Shown in pieces: positions 8,331 through 19,400 of a DNA stretch of 38,831 nucleotides. Position 1 is the stretch's first letter. Every line of letters starts with the position of its first letter. Position numbers and translations under genes: made by a program. Below the pieces are notes generated by a model. That model was not told where the DNA came from. It made no database searches and saw only the letters and a program-made list of their open reading frames with translations. The stretch lies in IMG/VR virus record IMGVR_UViG_3300049844_000167, positions 1-38,831 of that record. One strand, written 5' to 3'. Origin of the DNA: a virus. Taxonomy: Duplodnaviria; Caudoviricetes.

Positions 8331-9193
8331 TGCCAACCCGACCAATGTTAGCCGCGCTGGTACGAGACATCGACTTGCTCTCGTACCCACTCGTCGCCAC
8401 ACCAAAGATCGACGGAATCCGGTGTTTCATCCACGAAAGCCTCGGCCCCGTTTCTCGCACCTTCAAACCCATCCCCAACGATTGGATTCGAGGACAGTTG
8501 TCGGGTTTGCCTCCGGGTCTCGATGGAGAACTCATCGTGCCAGACGCAGACTTCAACGACACGCAGAGCGCAGTCATGTCCTACGATGGCATCCCTGAGT
8601 TCAAGTACCTCGTCTTCGACTATTGTCCCTCCGGCTGGGACTTTTTGGCCCACGTTCAACGTATGTCTATGATCCCAGCCGGACTCCCCGAATGGGTTGA
8701 GGTGCTTCGTGGACTCACGGTTCGGGATAGCCTCGAACTCACCGATTACGAAACCTCCTGTCTCGAAGGGAACTTCGAGGGCGTCTGTCTACGTGACCCG
8801 CTCGGCCATTACAAATCTGGCCGCGGAACCGTCCGCGACCGCACCCTCATGAAACTAAAAAGGTTCCACGACTCCGAGGCCACCATCCTCGGGTTCGTAG
8901 AACTCCAACACAATCAGAACGAGGCCGTAGTCTCCGAACTTGGCCTTCTAAAACGCTCCAAGCAATCGGCCAACCTTACCCTCGGTCAAATGCTTGGCGC
9001 ACTGAAAGTCCGCGACGTCGTCTCCGGCGTCGAGTTTGAGATTGGCTCCGGTTTCACTACTGCCGAACGAATCGACATCTGGAACAATCGGTCCATGTTT
9101 CTCAATCGAATCCTAACCTACAAATACCAACTCTACGGCATGAAAGACAAGCCTCGTTGCCCTGTCTTCAAAGCCTTCCGCTACGACGTATGA
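8330..9193 (+). CDS. lig: Minimal ATP-dependent DNA ligase (Chlorella-virus-like, with latch region)
   Basis: Motif I PKIDGIR, LDGEL, VFD, EGVCLR, KLKRF, FEIGSGFT, KPRCPVF. Confidence 0.93.
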   Translation: MPTRPMLAALVRDIDLLSYPLVATPKIDGIRCFIHESLGPVSRTFKPIPNDWIRGQLSGLPPGLDGELIVPDADFNDTQSAVMSYDGIPEFKYLVFDYCPSGWDFLAHVQRMSMIPAGLPEWVEVLRGLTVRDSLELTDYETSCLEGNFEGVCLRDPLGHYKSGRGTVRDRTLMKLKRFHDSEATILGFVELQHNQNEAVVSELGLLKRSKQSANLTLGQMLGALKVRDVVSGVEFEIGSGFTTAERIDIWNNRSMFLNRILTYKYQLYGMKDKPRCPVFKAFRYDV

Positions 9194-10422
9194 ACTTCTT
9201 TGCAAACTACATGAAATACTGTGAGGGTTGCGAGACCCCGGAAATCTACGATCTCTGGTCGTCTCTCGCCACCATGTCCTCGATTGTGTCGAGAAGAGTC
9301 TGGGTCAACCAAGGCTACTTCCGCATCTACCCGAATTTATACGTCGTCCTCGTCGGACCTCCGGGCGGGCGTAAAACCACCGCTATGAACGTCTGCAAGG
9401 ATATGTTGACGGAACTCAAGACCATCAACTTCGCCGCGACGTGTATGACCAAAGAAGCCATGTGCAAATACATGGTTCAGTCTTGCATCAAGACGTTCAC
9501 CATCCCCGACTCCGGACAGATCAAAGAATACACCCCGATCACGATGTGTCTCACCGAGCTATCGCACTTCCTTGGTGCGAACTCGGCTCACATGATCGAC
9601 TTCCTCACAACAATCTATGACCAAGAGTTCTACGACGCCAAGACGAAAAACAAAGGAGACGATATTATCCCGGCTCCGTACCTTACGATCTTGGCTTGCA
9701 CTACTCCGTCCAACATCACACGGTATCTCAAGGAAGACGTTATATCGGGCGGCTTTAGTCGCAGGACTTTATTTGCCTACGAGACCGACGATGGTGAGCC
9801 GATACCGTATCCTGAAGTTACTCCCGAAGCACAAGCAGCATGGGACTCCTGTGTTGCCTATGCTCGTAGTCTCGAAGGAATCTGCGGAGAGTTCACGTGG
9901 GACCCAAAGGCCAAAGACTGGTATGGAAAGTGGTACTGTGACTTCCACAATTCCCTCAAGAACCACCACGAACAGCTGACCCGAGGTTATTTGAAGTCGA
10001 AGCACGTTCAACTGCTGAAAATCTCAATGTTGGTCGCACTTGCCGAAGAACACGTCCTCGTCTTGAAACGCGACCACCTTGAAATAGCACTTGACATGCT
10101 CAACCGTTTAGAGAAAAACCTGCACAAAGTCTACGAGGGCATGGGTCGCAACGAACTCAACGCAATCTCCGCCCGTCTCATCGAGCTTCTGGAGACAGCA
10201 AAACGACCACTCCCTGAAAAGGAAGTGGTCGGTATGCTTTACCGAGACGCGGATACGGCGGAAATCTACAGTCTCCTAAACCATCTCCACAGCGTCGGAA
10301 GAATTGTCCGGCTCGAACAACGAGCTAAGGACGGCTCTTTCACTCGTAAAGTTGTGACAACACCGGAGATAGCCGACCGCGAGTTCCCCGGTTGGAGAGC
10401 AAGTCTGCCGCCTCCCACCTAG
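9190..10422 (+). CDS. DUF3987/YfjI-like P-loop ATPase, putative replicative helicase
   Basis: YPNLYVVLVGPPGGRKTTAM Walker A, variant Walker B MCLTEL, ILACTT sensor, GGFSRR arginine finger; ATGA-coupled to the ligase (start 9190). Confidence 0.75.
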   Translation: MNFFANYMKYCEGCETPEIYDLWSSLATMSSIVSRRVWVNQGYFRIYPNLYVVLVGPPGGRKTTAMNVCKDMLTELKTINFAATCMTKEAMCKYMVQSCIKTFTIPDSGQIKEYTPITMCLTELSHFLGANSAHMIDFLTTIYDQEFYDAKTKNKGDDIIPAPYLTILACTTPSNITRYLKEDVISGGFSRRTLFAYETDDGEPIPYPEVTPEAQAAWDSCVAYARSLEGICGEFTWDPKAKDWYGKWYCDFHNSLKNHHEQLTRGYLKSKHVQLLKISMLVALAEEHVLVLKRDHLEIALDMLNRLEKNLHKVYEGMGRNELNAISARLIELLETAKRPLPEKEVVGMLYRDADTAEIYSLLNHLHSVGRIVRLEQRAKDGSFTRKVVTTPEIADREFPGWRASLPPPT

Positions 10423-13400
10423 ACATAGTCGGATCGCTTTCAACCAGCGAATCTATTTGTGCAGCCCGCCGCACAGAGGTCATGGATGGTCCCAGTGTGG
10501 GAACTCCTAACCTTTGTGCTGCGGCTGCATGGAGTTGTTTTCTTGCAAGACTCGTGGATTGCATCGGAGTTTGTGGCACTCCAAACAATTCGTCAATCCG
10601 CCCCTGCGTCGGCCCCGCCGCGCGGCTCCCCAACTCTCTCGGGTCTGGTGGCAGAGTCAACTGCCCCAACCTGTTCGCCACACTTTTCATCAAGTCCCTC
10701 GGATCATTGCCGCTTTGCACTTCTTTGCGGAACAATCTGGCAGCGTCAGAGTCCTGTCCCGCCTGCAACTTGCGAGCAATGTCCGTTGTCCTTCGGCGTT
10801 TAGCCTCCAGTGCCGCCGTCTCTGCCTGTGCCGACAGCCTAGCATAATCCTGCCAACGGCTGACTCGGCTTGGCGTGAATCCGACAACCCTTCCAAGTTG
10901 CTCGGCCACACTCAAATCCGTTGCTAACAAGTCTCTCGTATTCGGGTTGATGAATACATTCCCTTGTTCCAACGCTTGAGCCATCCGTGCTACGCCCCGA
11001 GGCATGACCAACTCTACCGCTTTCTGTGGGTCGAGGTTTGCCGTCTCCTTCGTCGCTTTGATGACGTTGTTCACAAGGCTTGCCGAAGGTCCGATAAAGT
11101 TCGACCAATCAATTCCATTATACGGTGAGATGCCCAAGGTCGTCGAGAGGGACAATCTGGCACCCATGTCCGGAGCGTTGGACAACACCGACGGAAGACC
11201 TTTTGCCAAGGCTTGTCCAAGGAAACCTCCCAACTCCTCGTCATCTCCAAGCACCTGCGACAACACTTCTCTCACCGCGAGTTCCGGGTTAGACCCAGGA
11301 AACAACTTCTGAAAGGCTGCCATCGCTGGTGCGAGGAATGGCATCCCTAACGCTCCGGCTAAGGCCATTTGCGTCATCACCATCTGCATCATCGCCTTTC
11401 GGTGTTGCACGATTTGCGCTGGCGTCAGGCCACTACCCGGCAACGACTTTCTGATTAAATGCCCCATCAGGGTCATCATGCTCGTCGAGTAGGTCTGGAG
11501 GCTGAACCCCGTCTGTGCCATAGCTCTCGGCAAAGCGTGGAACATTCCCACAGGCCTGTTGTACTTTCCTCCGCCAAACATAGAGTGATCTTTGACGAAC
11601 TTGGATTCGCGATACGCGTCCTCGACCGAAAGTCCGCGTTTCCGAAACTCCTTATAAGCCGCGATGAACGCAACCTCTGAGTTATACGTGGGAATCTTGC
11701 TGTAAAACTTCCTGGCCGCAGCAAACAGCCCTACCAGCTTATTCTTAGCGATGTCAAATGCGTTCAAGGGTCGCATCCCGCCACGACTCCGCATGAAATT
11801 CACCGTTGAGTAAGACTCCAAGAAGTCTAACTCCGCATAAATCCCGGCGTCAACGACACCCTCCTCACGTGCTCGCTCCATTACAACTTTCAATTCTCCG
11901 ACGTAGTTACCTCGCAGCGCCGCGGACAAAGCCTCCTTATTCGCGTCAGCTATCATGCCATACGACTTCGCGGCTTTTCCAAACTTCAACGTCAAGACTG
12001 GAGCCAAGGAGGTCAACTGTTGAAACGGCTCTACAATCATGTTGCTCAAATTATACGCCATGAAGTAAGCAAAGTTCATGGACGAAATTGAACGACCAAT
12101 CTGCGAGTCTGGTTTCAAGACATTTTGCACGTGCCTTTTCGCGTATGTCTTCAAGTTCGCCTGAATATCAAAGGCGGGGTGGGCCAACGCAATCTCGGAC
12201 TCCATCTTCACGTGTCTGTTCTTAATCGCATGGATGACGTTGTTCATATGTTCCTGTTGCACAAAGAACATATCCAACATCTCCCTGCTTTTCGCGTGGC
12301 GACGTTTGACTGGCGTAAGCACACTCTGCGCCGCGATTGCTTCTTCAAGTGAAGTTGTATAATCCAAAGAAACCGCCATCTCGCCTCCCTTTTCCTCGCC
12401 GTATTTATTCACCAACCTTTCTTTTAGTCGCTTTGTCTGCGCGTCAAAAAACTCGAACACGCGCATGTCTCTCGTAACCCCCGCCGACGACTCGTTCGGG
12501 TTGATGTTTCGCACAACCTTCAACCGTTTTTCCTTCACGCCAAGTTCACGATCCTTGGCCGTTTTCCAATAGAAACTCTGCGTCTTGCCCTTATCATCCG
12601 TATAGATCACTCCATACGAACCTTGCCGACGTTCCGTCATGAAGTATCCCGCGCGGCCAGTTAGAATCTTTCCTAAGTCTTGTGCCTTAGCAAAGTTCAA
12701 CAAGAGCTGATTCGCCACGTCAGAGAAGGCCTCGTAGTACTCCGGCTTCCCAGGCACGTCCGGAGGCAAATACGCCCACGCTTCGTCGAAAAACCTTTGT
12801 GCGCGATCCGAGTGTTCTTTCCTATTAAACGCATCACTCTTAGCAAGTTCGTTATAATCGAAATACTTGCGAAGCGCCTTCGTGAAGGCTCGTGCCTGAT
12901 CGACATTCAGCACACGATCATTCACAATTTCCAGAACAGCCACCTGACTGAAATGTTCAAACGCGGCGTTGGTCATAATGTCCGCCATGTACCGCATTTG
13001 GTTCTTCGTTCCATTGTAAACTGCTTCCGCAGCTTCTCTTTCGTTCGCGTTAAGCTTATGCTTGTTGTAGTACGTCTCCCTTACATTCGCGTCAAAACCA
13101 TTCCACTGGGTCACTTGCTTCACTCGTTCCGTCGCGGGATCGTGCTCAACTTTAAACTGTTTGTCATCCCCTTCAAGTTGTTGTGCCAAGGCCATTTCGG
13201 AGAAACAATCCCGAATCTTCTGACTCTTAGCGACCATTTCCCATTGCCTTGTGGTCTTGGTTTCAACAAACCCAGTGCCAGTTGAAGCCTCCAGACCAAC
13301 GCCGGCGGTGAACAGTTTACTAACCTGAGCCTTAGCCAAGTGATCCGCGCTGGACAATGCATCATACAACGGCCTTAGTTCAGGATATTGTGCCGCGGTC

Positions 13401-16400
13401 ATTACGAACGGTGCAATGTTCTTGAGCCACCAACTCAACTGCTTCATTGCTTCCGGTGACTCTGGACTTCCGACTCCGGACACCGGTGCTAACGTATCTG
13501 CTTTCGCCGCAGCGTAGTTTTCAACATCCTCCGGACGCATCTGACCAGCTCCGACAGACTTCACAACCGCCTGAGCGTTTTCTTGCAACACGTCCGGACG
13601 GAGTTTCGCAATCGTGTACGTCGCCGCGATCTCCTGTTCCCTTTTTAAAACGTGCTGCGCGGTCTGACGAAAGAACTTGTACGTAGGTAATACCTTCGCC
13701 GCTAACTCTTCAAAGCCAGCAGACTTCAAATAGCCTTGCACTCCTAGCCAAGCACTCGCCTGTCGGGTCTTATGCAGCGCAATCAAAGCTCTGGTTGGAT
13801 CATCAAGTTCCAACGAATCCAAGGCTTTGTCAATGAACTTTGTCACAGCCGCCGGAGACTCCATCGCAAAATCCAACGAAACTAAAAACTCGTGCACGTC
13901 GCTGGCAGCATACTTAGGAGTGCTTGTGGCTACATTGAACTTTTCATGAGCAAACTTAGTAAGAGCTTCTGTTCGCGCGACTCGTTGCTCTGGCGTAAGT
14001 TTTTGATAATAACCAACAACCTCATTGAGCAAAGACGCGATCCGCGGGTCTTTGAGAAACGCTTTGGTGATGTCCTCTGCTAGTTTAGTCTCAACAGCAT
14101 GGGCGCTTTCATGTCTTGTTGTAACGCCGAACTCAACAGCATCTTCTGCCGTGTAGTTAATCCCAACCGTATCATCATTCGGGTTGTAATAACCTACCGC
14201 ACTTTCGTCTTTTGTCGGATGCCACAAAACGTTTCGACCAGCTCCGTGAACCATCTCCATGATTGCCGGTGCCATAGCGTCGGCAAACTCCCGATTGAAG
14301 CCCAGCTGTAAGTAATAACCTTTAATGGTATTGAACTGCGACTGTGCTTCTAGCCCAACGCGGTTCACAGGTAACATCCTCACATCCCTCTCGGTGACCT
14401 TTTCCAACGAACCCTTTACCATCCAGTACATGTTCCCTTCGCGGTGCAGCTTCGCACCAAGCACCGGCCTCCAAAGCGTCCCGAACGCCTCAGCATCAAT
14501 CGGAGTTAGATAGATTCGATCCCCGTTCTCAACCTGCTGTCTCGTTGTCGCTTGCATCGCATCCGTAACTCTTGTCAACAACGGCCTTTCGTCGCGGGAC
14601 ATGGCCCAGTTTTGTCCGTCGGCATCCCCGCGAGTCTCCGATGTTTTCCACTGTTCAAACAGCGGCGCGTTCTTGATAGGCTCGTACGATTTCAACGACT
14701 CCTCAGCAAGTTTAAGCTCAACCTCAACACGATCCCTCGCGGCGTTGATCTGCTTCTCCAGCAACTCTCGACCTTTTGCTCCACTCACCTTCGTCCACTG
14801 TTCATACAAAAGCGTCAGCTTCTCCGACGCTTCTTGGTACGCCTTCATAGACGTCCTCCGCCACTCTGACAGCTCCTCAAACGCTTCAGATTTAGCGACG
14901 AGTCCAGCCAACGTTTTATCGTGCATGGCGACCTGGGTAGAGAACTCAAGCAACTCACGCTCCGTATCTGTCAACCTAACAACCAAATCAAGCTGACGTT
15001 CGTCTTTCGCCCTTGCCAACTGCGTTGTTAATCTTTCCCGTTCAGCGAGCAGTTCCACAATTCTCGCCTCGCAATTCTTCGTGACGCTTTCATGCAAGTG
15101 GAATACTTCCATCAAATCCAATGGTTTCTGCGGTTCCCATTTCTGTAACCTCTCCCGGACATACCTCATGGCTTCGGCTTCACTCACCGCACCTTCTCCA
15201 CTTTCGTCAAACGCCCTCGCTGTAATCGTCCCTTCCTCTGGAGTGTATTCAACCGGAACTGTGCGCCTATTCGAAATCTGTGATGCCCAGGTTTTAACGA
15301 TGGCTTGTTCTGTCGCAGACAGCTCCTCCATCTTCAACGGAGCTGGGTGATTCACCATCTTGTATTCGTTAATCGCCTTGGTGATCGAGCTGATTTTAGA
15401 CTCATCCGGTTTCGGATTCTCGATACCGAGTAGATGCGGCACCAGCAACTTCTTCGCCTCGCCTGCGTCCTTCGCACCGCGAGCAAGAGCCAAGTCACTA
15501 TACGCTTCTCGCGGAACTTGCACCCCAATAGCTTCAAGCTGTTTCAAGGTTCTTTCGTATCCTGCAAAGAACTCCTCCGCCTTACTTTCCTTACCTTTTC
15601 CGAGGGACAAGCTTTGCAGTTGCTTCCTAACAAGATTCAAGGACTCGACAGCAAGTTTCATGTCTACTTGCTTTTCGAGTGGCACTGATCGCACCCGATC
15701 CAGTATCTTTTTCATCAACGCCTGCTGTTCGACAGGCAGCGAAGCTGTGGCCAACGGCGCATGAGAGCCTTTGCCCGCAGTCGGCAACCACGAACCATTC
15801 AACACCATCGCTTCTGCCGTTATCGCATCCACCGGAGTCGTCATTCTACCCTGACTTGCGGGATTCTCTTGTTCTGGAATCTTACCTCCAGTCGGTCCAA
15901 CACGCTCGACCAAGTCAGGCCGAGCCTTTTGTGCCCTTGGACCAAAAATCAACCCTCTAGGCGCAGTTGCTTGTGCGTCTTGCACGTGTAGCTGAACGGC
16001 AAACTCCTCGACAAGTTGTTTCGCCTTCGCGTTCTTCTCGGGAGCCTCGAACACACTACGAGTCAACCCCCTCTCGACAAACCACGAATCTGGGTTCTTT
16101 TTAATCTCCCTCAACGCGTTCGCACGATAAACCGCACGATCGGCCTCGACCACTCCAGTCCACGTCTTAAAGACTGGCGCATCCTCCAACAACCGATAAA
16201 GGTCATCCCTCACCATGAAGCCTTTTCCCGCCCGCAGTTGCGTCTGGATTCCAGGACTTCCTGGCAGCCACCTACCCTCCTTGTTCTGTTTCCACGGAGC
16301 GTAGCCACCCTGGGCCTCGTATTGAGTGACGGACATTGCTCTCACCACAGCCTGACGTGCTCTATCTAGCACGTTTTCTGCCATCGCGGGACTTCCGAAC

Positions 16401-19400
16401 AGCTTCGAAAACATTCGATGGAAAACAGCGAACACGCGACCCAGCAACGTCCCGTCGTCATACTTATTCTTGTAGTTAGGTGACGGCAGCTTAGTGGGAT
16501 CAATCACCAAATCCTTCATGTAGGAAATCAGCTTTGGGTCGCGAAGCACACCCTGCATGAACTCGATGGGAGATGACAGACTGTGCAAATACTCCCTCCC
16601 GATCACTCGATTCCCTGCGTCATCGTACCCGTACGAATCTGACACGTACTTATGCAAACGTGTCACCTCTCCGCGAATCTCATCGTCATGCAAGAATCCA
16701 AACACTTGATTCATGTGCAAAACTTCGTGATGCAGATCGTCGAGAATCTTCTCAGGAGACTTGAAACGAAACCACCTGTCTCCGGGAATATGCTCAAAAG
16801 GACTCATCATGATTCCGGGAGAACCGGAGCCATCCTCATACCAATAGAACAACGCACCCACCGTTGGATCTTTCGCTTGCGCCACACCAACACGACAATT
16901 CATGCCACGTTGGAGAAGTACCTGCAACTCTTTTAGCTTTTGTTTGTTTTCAGCCGTCGCCATGTTCGGCAAGTCGGCCAAGTCCTCCAGCCCACCTAAG
17001 AGTTGCTTCGTATCCACGTAACCGCGTTCCTTGAACGTCTTTTTCAACATCCCATACAAGCCGGACAAACCAGACGTATTCTTGACAACCGTCTGCTTGC
17101 CGTTAGTATCTTCGACCGTGTATTCGGTGACCTTCGACACCGTCGTCTTGACCCTATCCAGCACCTCGTCCGGGAACGCTGGATCAAAACGATCGGCCCA
17201 ATCCACCGTGTGACCGATTTCCGCAAAGTCCAACAGACCCTGTGGCATGGTCTTACGCAACCTCAACCCTGGCTTTCGCTCTTTCAAATACGGCGACTGG
17301 ATGCCCCGAACCACATAATCCGCCACCGCCAATGCAGCTTCGATGACATTCGCACGACCGCCGAAGAAATTACGCTTCGTCAAGGCCACAGGCTGCACGC
17401 CAAGCAACTCCGCCAGCTTCCGTGCTTGTGGAACATAATCAGCCATGAACCCCTCGACACCCTCTGACCTCAACGCTCCGCCCTTTTTCGCCAGTTTCAC
17501 CTGTTCCGGCGTGGCTTTTCCTTGATTAACCAACTCGACCAAATCGACGTCTTTCTCGCGTCTAAACGAGATAACCGACGGCAAGCCATCCGATAAAGCA
17601 AAGGAAAGTACCTTTTTGACTTTTTCTCGCAAGTCAACGCGAAGTTTGGGACCGAAACTATTAGACGAAACTCCTGGAAACGCAGTTTCGATTGCAGTCT
17701 TAATCTGAGCGTCAGTCAACATATCCACCCCAACTCGGAGGGACTGCATCAGATGTTCGTGCAACGCAAGACGAACGGACAGCTCCGGACTGGCGTTAAT
17801 TCTCCTATAAGCGTTTTGAAGTAGATTAGTCGTTTGGCGAATGTCAATACCCGACTCCGAAGAAACTCCCTCTGCGGTTTCATAAGCTTGAGCTTCTTCA
17901 CCTTCTCCAGCTTCCCTAGCCGCTTCGACATCCTCCGCAGTCTCACTCTCATACTGCTTTTTCAACAACTCTTTGACGACAGTTTCACGCTCTTCTGCGT
18001 CCATCGAATCGAATCGCATGTAACGTACCTTGCGAATTTTCCACTGTCCTTTGTCTCTCTCCGCTATCAGCGGCTCACCGGCGTATGTTTTGTCCTTCTT
18101 CAGCACTTCTTGGGCCGCAATTTCAACCTCAGCTTTAGACGCTCCGACAAGAGTGTTACCGTTCTCGTCCGTAACATAATCCGAACTAAGCTTCTGTGAG
18201 TACGCCTTAAGCATAGCTCGTTTAGCCGCGCCTCGCACCTTAGCCTCGAAAGCCCGGACAGACTTAGAATCTTCCCAGTTAATCGGTTGGCTGTAGTCCA
18301 AAATCGCTTGGTCGATGGCACGAGAGACTTCAACATCAACTTGGAAAGCCTTAGAACCGTCAGGATCGGACTCCGTTGTTTCGTCCAATCCAAGCTTCTC
18401 CATTGTTTCAAGCGTGGTATCTTCGTCCAACCGTTTCTCTACCAACCCCAGCTGACGCTCCAACTCCGTTTTCTTCGTGACCAACTCGGGAGTTTGCTCC
18501 CGCGTGTCCATGTCATCAAGCAACTTAACGAGAGTCTCAGCCGACTGTTGTAACGCCTCTCTTTCGGCCCGAACTTCATCAATCGTACGTCCTTTCTTGG
18601 TTTTAAGATGACGTCCGACTAACCTGTCAAAAAAGCTTAGCGTCCGCACGTCACGCTGACCCGACTGCAAGATTGTAGTTGTTTCTGTCTCCGTGTCAAA
18701 GTGAGTTTTCGGAAGACCTGCATCAGCTTTGTCAACGTCAGTCCCGAAGATGTGTGCCACACGCTTAACAAACTCAGGATCATCTTTCATCCGTTTTACT
18801 GCAGAGGCATCAGCTTCACGTTCCGCGAATCTCCGTTTCGAACCTTCAATCTCAGCCCAAAAGTGTTCACTAGAACGCTCATTCCAACTGTCGGTTTTAG
18901 CTCGAATGACATTCTTTGCAGAATCCAGTGACATGTCCTGAGCCAACACCTGCAGATACTCAACAAGACCACTCGCGGCGTCGTTCTGTTCTTTCTTGTC
19001 CTTGAACTTCCCGCCAAGTGTCTCCTCTGCCCATTCCAGTAACACCGTCCTCGGAACTTTCTGATCCCGAAACTCGACGGTCGACGTTTCAAACGTTCTC
19101 TTGAAGATGTCTTGCAGACTTCCGAAATCGTCGCGAGCAAACGCGACGTTATCAGCAATGCTCCCCGCGAGTTCGGCGGGTTTCTGCGGCATACCCCCAG
19201 CCCAAGCAGCCTCAAACTCGCGTTGAACGTGTGCCTGATCAAACCGCATACCAGGAATACGAGTCTCCAACTCAGCCAACTGATGCTTCAAGACACGTTC
19301 AGTCGCTCGTTTTGTCGTCTTATGCTGCCACTTGGGATTCAGCTTCCGTCCCTCCGCCACATCAAACGCGACAAAAGGCACATTCATCACAACCTGCGCG

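Noticed and set aside
14610-14635. GDADGQ in the giant protein as a possible virion RNA polymerase DxDGD motif
   Set aside because: Third Asp is missing, and no other single- or multi-subunit RNAP motifs were recognised
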